From Spartobacteria bacterium (lineage in GTDB: Bacteria; Verrucomicrobiota; Kiritimatiellia; CAIQIC01; Lenti-01), in NCBI GenBank assembly GCA_009930415.1, contig RZYG01000001.1, positions 1 to 51,556 of the forward strand: 51,556 nucleotides of DNA, read 5' to 3'. A program made the position numbers and the translations under genes. Positions 34,456 through 42,222 of this stretch are shown one piece after another; the stretch's first letter is position 1; each line of letters begins with the position of its first letter. The notes beneath the pieces are model-generated. The model was not told the DNA's origin. It saw only the letters and a list, made by a program, of their open reading frames with translations, and searched no databases.

Positions 34456-34537
34456 TGGTCGGGAGGGGACTCGAACCCCTACGGATTGCTCCACCAGCTC
34501 CTAAGGCTGGCGCGTCTGCCAATTTCGCCACCCGACC
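34456..34537 (-). tRNA. tRNA-Leu (anticodon UAG), integration target; its 3' 27 nt (34456-34482) form the proximal att repeat
   Basis: The reverse complement folds as a cloverleaf. Acceptor GGTCGGG/CCCGACC, anticodon stem CCAGC/GCTGG with loop CTTAGGA, a long variable arm, T-arm AGGGG-TTCGAGT-CCCCT, discriminator A. Confidence 0.9.
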
Positions 34538-34686
34538 GGGCGTTGCGGCGTGCATTAGACGGGCATGGCGGGCGGATTTCAAGCCATTTGGTCGAATGCG
34601 TCTTCCATTCGATCCGCGCGTTTTGGGATTTGTCGGATGCGGGGCGGGGATGGTAATGTCCATGGGTTTCAGTGGAGGAACGAGCG

Positions 34687-35121
34687 ATGGCGACCATTTA
34701 CGACTCGAAAGACATCCTGGGCATTCTGCCGCACCGGCATCCGTTCATTCTCGTGGACCGGATCGTGGAGTGCAACGACAAGGACTGGATCGTGGGCATC
34801 AAGAACGTCGCCGCGAACGAGCCGTGTTTCCAGGGCCATTTTCCCGGCATGCCGGTCTTTCCGGGCGTGCTGCAGCTCGAAGCCATGGCGCAGACGGCCG
34901 GCATCCTGCTCAACAAGGTGCTGGGCGCGGAAGGCAAAATCGCCTTCTATCTCGGGGTGGACGGCGCCAAGTTCCGCCGGATGGTGGTGCCCGGCGACCA
35001 GTTGCGGATCGAAATCAAGTTCCTCAAGCTGCGCATGGGCATGGCGAAGGTCGAGGGCCGCGCGCTGGTGGACGGCGAACTGGCCTGCGAGGCGACGATG
35101 ATGTTCGGCGGGGGGAAATGA
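34687..35121 (+). CDS. fabZ: 3-hydroxyacyl-ACP dehydratase FabZ
   Basis: GGAGGA lies 7 nt upstream of ATG 34687. Motifs [13 protein letters not shown] and [26 protein letters not shown]. Confidence 0.9.
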   Translation: MATIYDSKDILGILPHRHPFILVDRIVECNDKDWIVGIKNVAANEPCFQGHFPGMPVFPGVLQLEAMAQTAGILLNKVLGAEGKIAFYLGVDGAKFRRMVVPGDQLRIEIKFLKLRMGMAKVEGRALVDGELACEATMMFGGGK

Positions 35122-35897
35122 TGGGTACGACGATCCATCCGTTGGCGGTGGTCGAGCCCGGCGCGGAGCTGGGCGTCGACGTGGCGGTCGGTCCCTTTTG
35201 CCGCGTGGGTCCCCACGCGCGCCTGGGCGACCGCGTGACGCTGCGGTCCCACGTGAGCGTGGACGGCCACGCGACGCTGGGGGCGGGCTGCGAGGTTTGG
35301 CCGTTCGCGAGCATCGGCGGCAAGACGCAGGATTTGAAGTACAAGGGCGGCGCGCCGCGCCTCGCCGTGGGCGAAAACACCGTCATCCGCGAATGCGCCA
35401 CGCTCAACTGCGCGACGTTCGACGGCGGCGAAACCCGCGTAGGCTCGAAATGCCTGGTCATGGCCTATTGCCACGTGGCCCACGACTGCATCGTCGGCGA
35501 CCGCGTCATCATGGCCAACAACGCGACGCTGGCGGGACACGTGATCGTCGAGGACGACGCGATCATCGGCGGCCTGACGGGCATCCATCAGTTCGTGCGC
35601 ATCGGCCGCATGAGCATTTTGGGCGGCTACACCAAGGCCGTCAAAGACGTGCCGCCGTTCATGATGGCCGACGGCGATCCGCTGAAAATCTACGGCCCGA
35701 ACAAGGTTGGCTTGGAGCGGCACGGCGTCTCGGCGGAAGCCCAGCAGGCGCTGAAAACGGCCTACAAAATCGTGTTCCGGATGGACCTCACGACGGACAA
35801 GGCGCTGGAGCGCATCGCGGCGGAATGGCCGGACCTGCCGGAAATCCGGCAGTTCGCCGATTTCATCCGGTCGAGCGAACGAGGAATCTCCCGATGA
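35118..35897 (+). CDS. lpxA: acyl-ACP--UDP-N-acetylglucosamine O-acyltransferase LpxA
   Basis: Forms the C-terminal part of ORF 34455..35897, and its ATG overlaps the fabZ stop (ATGA). It has hexapeptide repeats, a GGKTQDLKYKG segment and the helical C-terminal domain. Confidence 0.9.
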   Translation: MMGTTIHPLAVVEPGAELGVDVAVGPFCRVGPHARLGDRVTLRSHVSVDGHATLGAGCEVWPFASIGGKTQDLKYKGGAPRLAVGENTVIRECATLNCATFDGGETRVGSKCLVMAYCHVAHDCIVGDRVIMANNATLAGHVIVEDDAIIGGLTGIHQFVRIGRMSILGGYTKAVKDVPPFMMADGDPLKIYGPNKVGLERHGVSAEAQQALKTAYKIVFRMDLTTDKALERIAAEWPDLPEIRQFADFIRSSERGISR

Positions 35898-37969
35898 ACC
35901 AACGCCGGCGGAACTGGACGGGGTGGGCGTGCGTGCTGGGCGCGGCATGGGGCGCGGTCGTCGCCGCGGCGGCGGATCGGGGCGGCCCGGCGGAAGAACC
36001 GGCGCCGGCGGCGCCGATTCTCGCGCCCGGCTTCGCGGCGGAAGAGGCCGTGACGGCCTCGGCCGGCGGCGGCCTGGTGCAGTTCAGCTTCGAGCAGGCG
36101 GACATCCGCCTCGTCACGCAGATCGTCGGCAAGATCACCGGCAAGAAATTCGTGGTGCCGGAAGGCGTCGTGGGCAAGGTCACGATCCTGGCCCCCGGTC
36201 CCGTCACGGTCGCGGAAGTCTATCCGCTCTTTCTCAGCACCTTGGAAGCCAGCGGCTACACCGTGGCCGAGCGCGACGGCGTCCATCGGGTCGTCGCCAT
36301 GTCCGGTGGACCGGCGCTGCCGGCCGGCAGCGGCCTCGGCGGCGGCCTCGTCACCAAGCTGATTCCGCTGAAGAACGTGTCCGCGGCCGACGTGAAGAAG
36401 AGTTTCGAACCGCTCGTGCGCGGCGGCAAGGAAGGCGCGCTCGAGGCGTTCGCGCCCGGCAACCGCCTGATCGTCACGGACACGGCCGAAAACGTCGCGC
36501 GCCTGGAAGCGCTCGTGGAAGAAATCGACCGCCCCGGCGCCGGCAACGCGATCGAAGTCGTGGCGCTGAAGCACGCGGGCGCCGACGAGGTGGCTAAGCA
36601 GCTGCGCGCGACGTTCGGCGCGGCCGACAGCGCCGTCAACAAGGTCAACCGCCACATGCAGCAGGTCGCCGGCGGTCTCGGCGACCTGCCGACGGATTTC
36701 ACCGTCGTCGCCGCGCCGCAGGCCAACAGCCTGATCCTGGTGGGGTTGCCCATGCAGATCGCCGAAACCAAGCGGATCATCGCGCTGATGGACGTGGAGA
36801 ATCCGCACGGGTTCGGACGGCTGAACGCGATCTTCCTAAAATATCTCTCGGCGGAGGAGGCCTCCAAGAGCCTGAACGCGCTGCTGGGCAAGGCGCCGGC
36901 GGCAGACGGCGTGCCGGTCGAGCGGGACATCGCGATCGAGCCGAGCGTGCCGAACAACGCGCTGCTGGTGGACGCTTCGCCGCAGGACTTCGAGTACGTG
37001 CGCCGGCTGGTGGAGCGGCTCGACGTCGTGCCGCAACAGGTGCTCGTCGAAGTGCTCATCGCCGAGGTCAATCTCGAGCAGGGCCTCGACCTGGGCGTCG
37101 AGTGGTTCGGCATCGACCAGCCCGAAGGCAGCGGCACCGGCGGGTTCGGCCGCTCGCGCTACGGCGACAGCGATTCCATGATGGACCTGCTGACCGAAGG
37201 CACCTTCCCGCAAGGGCTGGCGCTGGGCGTCCTCAGCGGCACCTTCACGGGCCCCGACGGCAAGACCTACAATCAGATTCCGCTCTATCTGCAGGCCGTC
37301 GCCGGCAACCGCGACCTGAAAATCCTCTCCAACATCCCCCTCTGGGCCCAGAACAACCTCGAGGCGTCCGTCAGCGTCGTCGAGAACATTCCCATTCTCA
37401 AGTCGTCCGTCGAAGGGTCCGGTTCCGACCGCGACTTCATCCAGAACATCGAGCGGCTCGACGTCGGCATCAAGCTCAAGCTGACGCCCCACGTGAATCC
37501 CGACCGCGAGATCCAGCTCGACCTCAACCCCAGCATCGAATCGGTGGTGGAGGAGAGCGGCGACGCGATGAAATACACGCCGACCATCGCCAAGCGCGAA
37601 GTCAAAACCACCGTGACGATTCCCGACCGGTCCACCGTCATCCTCAGCGGCTTGATCCGCGAGGATTCGGCTCGGATCGCCACCAAGGTGCCGCTGCTGG
37701 GCGACATCCCGATTCTGGGCGCCTTGTTCCGCTCGACCAGCGATTCCAAGAAACGCACCAACTTGCTGATTTTCGTGACGCCGCGCATCGTGACCGACAT
37801 GCAACTGGCGGAGCGGGAGAAGGCGCGCCTGGAAAAGGCCGCCAGCCTGCCCAAGGCCGAAAAGCTGCTGGCCGAACCTGCCGCCGCGGCCGAAGAATGG
37901 CGCGTGCGCGAGGAAAAGGATCGGCACAAGGCGGAGTCGAAAAAGACCCGGAGGACCGGCAAGCGATGA
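35894..37969 (+). CDS. gspD: secretin (type II secretion GspD / type IV pilus PilQ family)
   Basis: ATG 35894 overlaps the lpxA stop. Has a signal peptide, an N0-like domain (VQFSFEQADIRLVTQIVGKITGKKFVV) and a secretin C-domain (VLVEVLIAEVNLEQG..., KVPLLGDIPILGALFRSTSDSKKRTNLLIFVTPRIV). Confidence 0.85.
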   Translation: MNQRRRNWTGWACVLGAAWGAVVAAAADRGGPAEEPAPAAPILAPGFAAEEAVTASAGGGLVQFSFEQADIRLVTQIVGKITGKKFVVPEGVVGKVTILAPGPVTVAEVYPLFLSTLEASGYTVAERDGVHRVVAMSGGPALPAGSGLGGGLVTKLIPLKNVSAADVKKSFEPLVRGGKEGALEAFAPGNRLIVTDTAENVARLEALVEEIDRPGAGNAIEVVALKHAGADEVAKQLRATFGAADSAVNKVNRHMQQVAGGLGDLPTDFTVVAAPQANSLILVGLPMQIAETKRIIALMDVENPHGFGRLNAIFLKYLSAEEASKSLNALLGKAPAADGVPVERDIAIEPSVPNNALLVDASPQDFEYVRRLVERLDVVPQQVLVEVLIAEVNLEQGLDLGVEWFGIDQPEGSGTGGFGRSRYGDSDSMMDLLTEGTFPQGLALGVLSGTFTGPDGKTYNQIPLYLQAVAGNRDLKILSNIPLWAQNNLEASVSVVENIPILKSSVEGSGSDRDFIQNIERLDVGIKLKLTPHVNPDREIQLDLNPSIESVVEESGDAMKYTPTIAKREVKTTVTIPDRSTVILSGLIREDSARIATKVPLLGDIPILGALFRSTSDSKKRTNLLIFVTPRIVTDMQLAEREKARLEKAASLPKAEKLLAEPAAAAEEWRVREEKDRHKAESKKTRRTGKR

Positions 37970-39504
37970 GCGACGCCTCCCAGGGCCTGCCCGCGCTGGA
38001 ACGCATCGAAGAGGAGTGGCTCGATCCGGCGCTGATCGAAGCCGTGCCCGTCGATTGGGTGCGCCGGCACGGAGTGGTGCCGTTCCGCCGGAATGGGCAG
38101 GTCGCGATCGCGGGGGCCGACGGCGCGGCCCTCCAGGCCTACGAGGATCTCGCGCTGCTGCTGGGCGCCGAAGCCGTCTGGGTTTCCGCGCCGGCCGCCG
38201 AAATCCAGCGCGCGATCGACCGCTGCTACTTCCGCCGCGCGGGCCGGCCCGACGAAAACGCGGCGCCGGCCGCCGCGGCAACCGCCGCCCCTGCGCCCCC
38301 GCGCCGCGAGGCCGACGATCTCCTCGCCGGCAGCGCCGATGCCCCGGTCGCGCACTACGTCAACGGCATCCTGCTCGAAGCCGTCAAGCGCGGCGCGTCC
38401 GACATCCATATCGAGCCCTTCGCCGACGGTCTGGCCGTGCGCTACCGCATCGACGGCCTGCTCTATGCCCAGCCCAATCCGCCGCGGCCGCTGGAAAACG
38501 CGCTGACCGCGCGCCTCAAGGTCATGGCCAAGCTCGATCTGGCCGAAAAGCGCTTGCCGCAGGACGGCGTGGCGCGCGTCCGCGTCGGCGCGCGCGAAAT
38601 CGACGTCCGCGTGTCCAGCGTGCCGGTGGCCGAGGGCGAGCGCATCGTCCTGCGCCTGCTGCACCGCGAGTCCACGCGCTTCACGCTCAACGAGCTGGGC
38701 ATGGCGCCGGCCGCGCTGGAGCAGTTTCGCGGCATTCTGCGTGCGCCCCACGGCATCGTGCTGGTGACCGGCCCGACCGGCAGCGGCAAGACCACCACGC
38801 TCTATGCCGCGCTGCGCGAGCTCGACACCGCCCACCTCAACGTCCTGACCATCGAAGACCCCATCGAATACCAGTTGCCGGACATCGGCCAGATGCAGGT
38901 GCACCCGAAGATAGGCCTGACCTTCGCGCGCGGCCTGCGGCACGTCCTGCGCCAGGATCCGGACGTCGTGCTCGTCGGCGAAACCCGCGATCTCGAGACC
39001 GCGGAAATCGTCGTCCGCGCCTCGCTCACGGGCCATCTGGTGTTCACCACCTTGCACACCAACGACGCGCTGGGGGCGGTGACGCGCCTGGTGGACATGG
39101 GCGTCGCGTCTTATCTGCTGGCCTCCGCCGCGCGCGCGGTGCTGGGTCAGCGGCTGGTGCGCCGCCTGTGCCCTAAATGCCGACGCGAAACCGCGCTCTC
39201 CGCCGAGGAAGCCGCGTGGCTGGGCCAGCCGAAACTCGCCGGCCAGACCGCGTGGACGGCGGCGCCGGAGGGCTGCGCGGAATGTCTCGGCGGCTACAAG
39301 GGCCGCACCGGCATCCACGAATTGCTGGCCGTCACGCCCGAAATCGCGGAAGCCATCCGCCTGAACGTGCCCCCGGCGGAACTGCGAACCCTGGCGGAGG
39401 CGGCGGGTTTCCGCGACATGCTCGCCGACGGCGTCGACAAGATCCGCGCGGGCGTCACGTCCGCCGCCGAAGTGCTGCGGGCCGCCGGCGCGCGCCGGAC
39501 CTAG
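37966..39504 (+). CDS. gspE: type II secretion / type IV pilus assembly ATPase (GspE family)
   Basis: The ATG overlaps the gspD stop. N-terminal T2SE_N-like domain, Walker A VTGPTGSGKTTTLYA, His box GHLVFTTLHTNDA, tetracysteine CPKC...CAEC. Confidence 0.9.
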   Translation: MSDASQGLPALERIEEEWLDPALIEAVPVDWVRRHGVVPFRRNGQVAIAGADGAALQAYEDLALLLGAEAVWVSAPAAEIQRAIDRCYFRRAGRPDENAAPAAAATAAPAPPRREADDLLAGSADAPVAHYVNGILLEAVKRGASDIHIEPFADGLAVRYRIDGLLYAQPNPPRPLENALTARLKVMAKLDLAEKRLPQDGVARVRVGAREIDVRVSSVPVAEGERIVLRLLHRESTRFTLNELGMAPAALEQFRGILRAPHGIVLVTGPTGSGKTTTLYAALRELDTAHLNVLTIEDPIEYQLPDIGQMQVHPKIGLTFARGLRHVLRQDPDVVLVGETRDLETAEIVVRASLTGHLVFTTLHTNDALGAVTRLVDMGVASYLLASAARAVLGQRLVRRLCPKCRRETALSAEEAAWLGQPKLAGQTAWTAAPEGCAECLGGYKGRTGIHELLAVTPEIAEAIRLNVPPAELRTLAEAAGFRDMLADGVDKIRAGVTSAAEVLRAAGARRT

Positions 39505-39525
39505 GGCGGGGGACGGAACCGGGGC

Positions 39526-40737
39526 ATGACGACCTTCGACTACAAGGGCTTCGACGCGGCCGGCCGCCCGCAGAGCGGCCTGATCGAAGCGGCCGATCCC
39601 AAGGACGCCCGCAAGCGCCTCGCCGCGCGCGGGATATTTCCCGAAACCCTCCAGGCCGCCGGCGGTTCCGCCGCGCGCCGCGCCGCGCCGAAATCGGCGT
39701 TCGTCGCCGACGTCCGCACGATGTTCTACCGCGAATTGGCGGCGCTGCTGGGCTCGGGCGTCGCGCTGGTGCCGGCGCTGGACGTCATCTTGCAGGCGCC
39801 CGAACTGGATCAGGCCCGCACGCTGCTGGCGGCGGTGCGCGACGCCGTGCGCGAGGGGCGGCCGCTGAACGCGGCGCTGGCCGCGGCGTCCCCGCAGGTC
39901 ACGCCGTTCGAGCAGTCGGTCATGGAGGTGGGCGAACGCACGGGCGGCATGGCCGAAGCCCTCGAACGCCTGGCGGGTTTTCTCGAAGAACAGGAAAAGC
40001 TGCGCGAGAAGCTGGCGACGGCGCTGCTGTATCCGGCGGTCGTCGTCTCGCTCGCCGTGATCATCGGCGGGTTGGTGCTGGCGTTCATGCTGCCGCTGGT
40101 CGGACGGATGTTCGCCGAGGCGCATCTGGAACTGCCGCTGCTGACGCGGGTCTTGCTGGCGAGCGGCCGCGCGGCGGGCCTGGCGCTGCTGCTGCTGGCG
40201 GTGGCCGGGATGGGCGGCGTCGCGGTTTTCCGCCGGCGCTTGCGCACCGATGCCGCGCTGCGCCTGCGCGTGGACCGGAAGCTGTTTTCCGTTCCGCTGG
40301 TGGGCGCCGGCTGGCGCAACTTGGCCAGCCTGCGCTTCGTGCGCGTGCTGGGGCTGCTGCTCGAGCGCGGCGTGGGCCTGATCGAAAGCGTGCCGCTGGC
40401 GGGCCGGGCCTCGGGCAGCGCGTGGCTGGCCGACTGCGCCCGCCGCGAAACCGAAGCGATGGGGCAGGGCAAGCCGCTGGTCGAGGTCATCCGCGGCATC
40501 CGCCCGCTGCATCCCTCGCTGGCGGCGTGGGTCCAGGCCGGCGAGGCCGGCGGCAATTTGATCGGCCTGCTCGACAACGCGGCGCAGCGCTTCCAGCAGC
40601 GCTGGGAGCGGCTGGCTTCGCGCGGCATGCTGGTGCTGGAAATCGGGCTGACCGTGGCGGTGGGCCTGTTCGTCGCGCTGATCGCGCTGGCGGTGCTGCT
40701 GCCCGTCCTGCAAATGAACAAAGGAATCGTCTCGTGA
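39526..40737 (+). CDS. gspF: type II secretion inner-membrane platform protein (GspF family)
   Basis: 403 aa with two T2SSF-like repeats and three hydrophobic segments. It follows gspE after 21 nt. Confidence 0.85.
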   Translation: MTTFDYKGFDAAGRPQSGLIEAADPKDARKRLAARGIFPETLQAAGGSAARRAAPKSAFVADVRTMFYRELAALLGSGVALVPALDVILQAPELDQARTLLAAVRDAVREGRPLNAALAAASPQVTPFEQSVMEVGERTGGMAEALERLAGFLEEQEKLREKLATALLYPAVVVSLAVIIGGLVLAFMLPLVGRMFAEAHLELPLLTRVLLASGRAAGLALLLLAVAGMGGVAVFRRRLRTDAALRLRVDRKLFSVPLVGAGWRNLASLRFVRVLGLLLERGVGLIESVPLAGRASGSAWLADCARRETEAMGQGKPLVEVIRGIRPLHPSLAAWVQAGEAGGNLIGLLDNAAQRFQQRWERLASRGMLVLEIGLTVAVGLFVALIALAVLLPVLQMNKGIVS

Positions 40738-42041
40738 TCTGGTGGATCTACAATCTGGTTTTCCCGGTGGCCTTCGCGCTTCTGCTGCCGCACTTCCTGC
40801 TGCGCATGCTGCGCCGCGGGGGCTACGCGCGGCACTTCACCCAGCGCTTCGGGCGCTACGGCGCCGCCGAGACTGCGTTGCTGGCCGCGCCGGGCCGGCC
40901 CATCTGGATCCAGGCCGTCAGCGTCGGCGAACTGGCCGTCGCGTTTTCCTTCATGGCCGAACTGCGCCGGCGCGATCCGGCCGTGCGGTTCGTGCTGACC
41001 ACGAACACCTCCACCGGCCACGCGCTGGCGCTGGCGAAAGTCCAGCCGCCCGACGCCACGCTCTACTTCCCGATGGACGTGCCGGGCGCGGTGAAGCGCG
41101 CGCTGCGGCGCATCCGGCCCGCCGCCGTGGTGCTGATCGAAAACGAGCTGTGGCCCAACCTGATCCGCTACGCCCGGCGGCAGGGCATTCCGACCGTGCT
41201 GGTCAACGGCCGCATTTCCGAGCACTCGTTCAAGGGCTACCGGAAAATCCGCTTCGTCACGCGCCGCCTGCTGCCGGAAGTCCATTGGTTCTGCGTGCAG
41301 ACCGCGGCCGACCGCGACCGCCTGCTGGCGCTGGGCGCGCCCGCCGACCGGCTCGAAGTGGTCGGCAGCGCGAAGTACGATCTCGACCCAACGCCGCCGA
41401 CGGCCGAAGTCCGCGCGCGCGCCGCGCTGGCGGCGCTGGGCGTGCGGCCGGGCGATCCGGTCTGGGTGGGCGGCTCGACCTGGGCCGGCGAGGAAGAGGC
41501 GCTGCTGGATGCCTACCGCGCGGCGAAGACGCGCCATCCCGGTCTGCTGCTGGCGCTGGTGCCGCGCCACGCCGAACGGCGCGACGACGTGCTGGCGGCC
41601 ATTCGCGCCCGCGGCCTCTCCGTCGTTCAGCGCAGCCGCTTTCCCGACGGCGCGCCGCCGCCGGCCGCGCGGCCCGACGTCCTGCTGGTGGACACCACCG
41701 GCGAGCTGCGCGGCTTCTACGCCGCGGCCGATCTCGTCTTCGTCGGCAAAAGCCTGACGCAAACCGGCGGCCAGAATCCCATCGAGCCCGCGCGCGACGG
41801 CAAGCCCATCCTCGTCGGCCCGCACATGGAAAACTTCGCGGAAATCGCGCGCGATTTCCGGGCCGCCGGCGCCTGGGTGCAGGTGGCCGACGCGGCCGAA
41901 CTGGCCGCCGCCGCCGAGCGCCTGCTGGGCGACGCCGCGGAACGCGACCGCCTCGGCCGGGCCGCCGCCGAGCTCGTCGCCCGCCAGGCCGGCGCCACCC
42001 CCCAAATGGCCGCCCGCGTCCTCGCCGCCCGCGTTCGCTAG
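40734..42041 (+). CDS. waaA: 3-deoxy-D-manno-octulosonic acid (Kdo) transferase
   Basis: GTG 40734 overlaps the gspF stop (GTGA) and gives VIWWIYNLVFPVAF... Motif WIQAVSVGE, plus the GT30 C-terminal region (GGQNPIEPARDGKPILVGPHMENF). The upstream 519 codons of ORF 39177 are shadow. Confidence 0.85.
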   Translation: MIWWIYNLVFPVAFALLLPHFLLRMLRRGGYARHFTQRFGRYGAAETALLAAPGRPIWIQAVSVGELAVAFSFMAELRRRDPAVRFVLTTNTSTGHALALAKVQPPDATLYFPMDVPGAVKRALRRIRPAAVVLIENELWPNLIRYARRQGIPTVLVNGRISEHSFKGYRKIRFVTRRLLPEVHWFCVQTAADRDRLLALGAPADRLEVVGSAKYDLDPTPPTAEVRARAALAALGVRPGDPVWVGGSTWAGEEEALLDAYRAAKTRHPGLLLALVPRHAERRDDVLAAIRARGLSVVQRSRFPDGAPPPAARPDVLLVDTTGELRGFYAAADLVFVGKSLTQTGGQNPIEPARDGKPILVGPHMENFAEIARDFRAAGAWVQVADAAELAAAAERLLGDAAERDRLGRAAAELVARQAGATPQMAARVLAARVR

Positions 42042-42042
42042 C

Positions 42043-42127
42043 GGTTTTACGTAGTACGTAAAAACTTTCAGCGGGTTTTACGTAGCACGTAAAAACTTTG
42101 CGCGATTTTTACGTACAACGTAAAAAC
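42043..42127. promoter_or_regulatory. three tandem ~31-bp units each containing a 19-21-bp palindrome TTTTACGTA-N-TACGTAAAA
   Basis: The palindromes are TTTTACGTAGTACGTAAAAA (42045-42064), TTTTACGTAGCACGTAAAAA (42076-42095) and TTTTTACGTACAACGTAAAAA (42106-42126). Spacing is 31 and 30 bp. They lie between the waaA stop and the next gene. Confidence 0.55.
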
Positions 42128-42222
42128 GGCGTTCCGTTGCGCGGAAGAGGGGATTGCCAACGACCGGAAATCTGCTAAGGTTTGCCGTCATGCAGAAGGC
42201 GTGGACAAAGGGCGCTTTCGGA

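Larger units (their letters stand above)
23180..34482. mobile_element. tRNA-Leu-integrated genomic island / phage-satellite-like element (~11.3 kb)
   Basis: Exact 27-bp direct repeats at both ends, with a tyrosine integrase just inside. Also carries excisionase-type HTH genes, a replication module, an iteron region and a terminase-large-subunit-like gene. Composition is lower and patchier in G+C than the flanks. Genes are tightly overlapped (ATGA/GTGA junctions). Confidence 0.8.

Noticed and set aside
34455-35117. N-terminal extensions of track ORFs: 34455..35897, 35198..37969, 37102..39504, 39177..42041 and 1982..2890.
   Set aside because: Only the 3' parts match known proteins (LpxA, GspD, GspE, WaaA, YidD). 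The extensions overlap the preceding real genes (or, for 34455, the tRNA gene) and are compositionally shadow-like. Proper starts with ATGA/GTGA coupling were identified.
36836-40713. Antisense ORFs 37285..40713(-) 1142 aa, 36836..38281(-) and 35762..36808(-) across gspD/E/F, and 39810..42005(-) across gspF/waaA.
   Set aside because: No motifs and low-complexity composition. The opposite strand encodes unmistakable secretin, GspE (Walker A, His box), GspF and WaaA.
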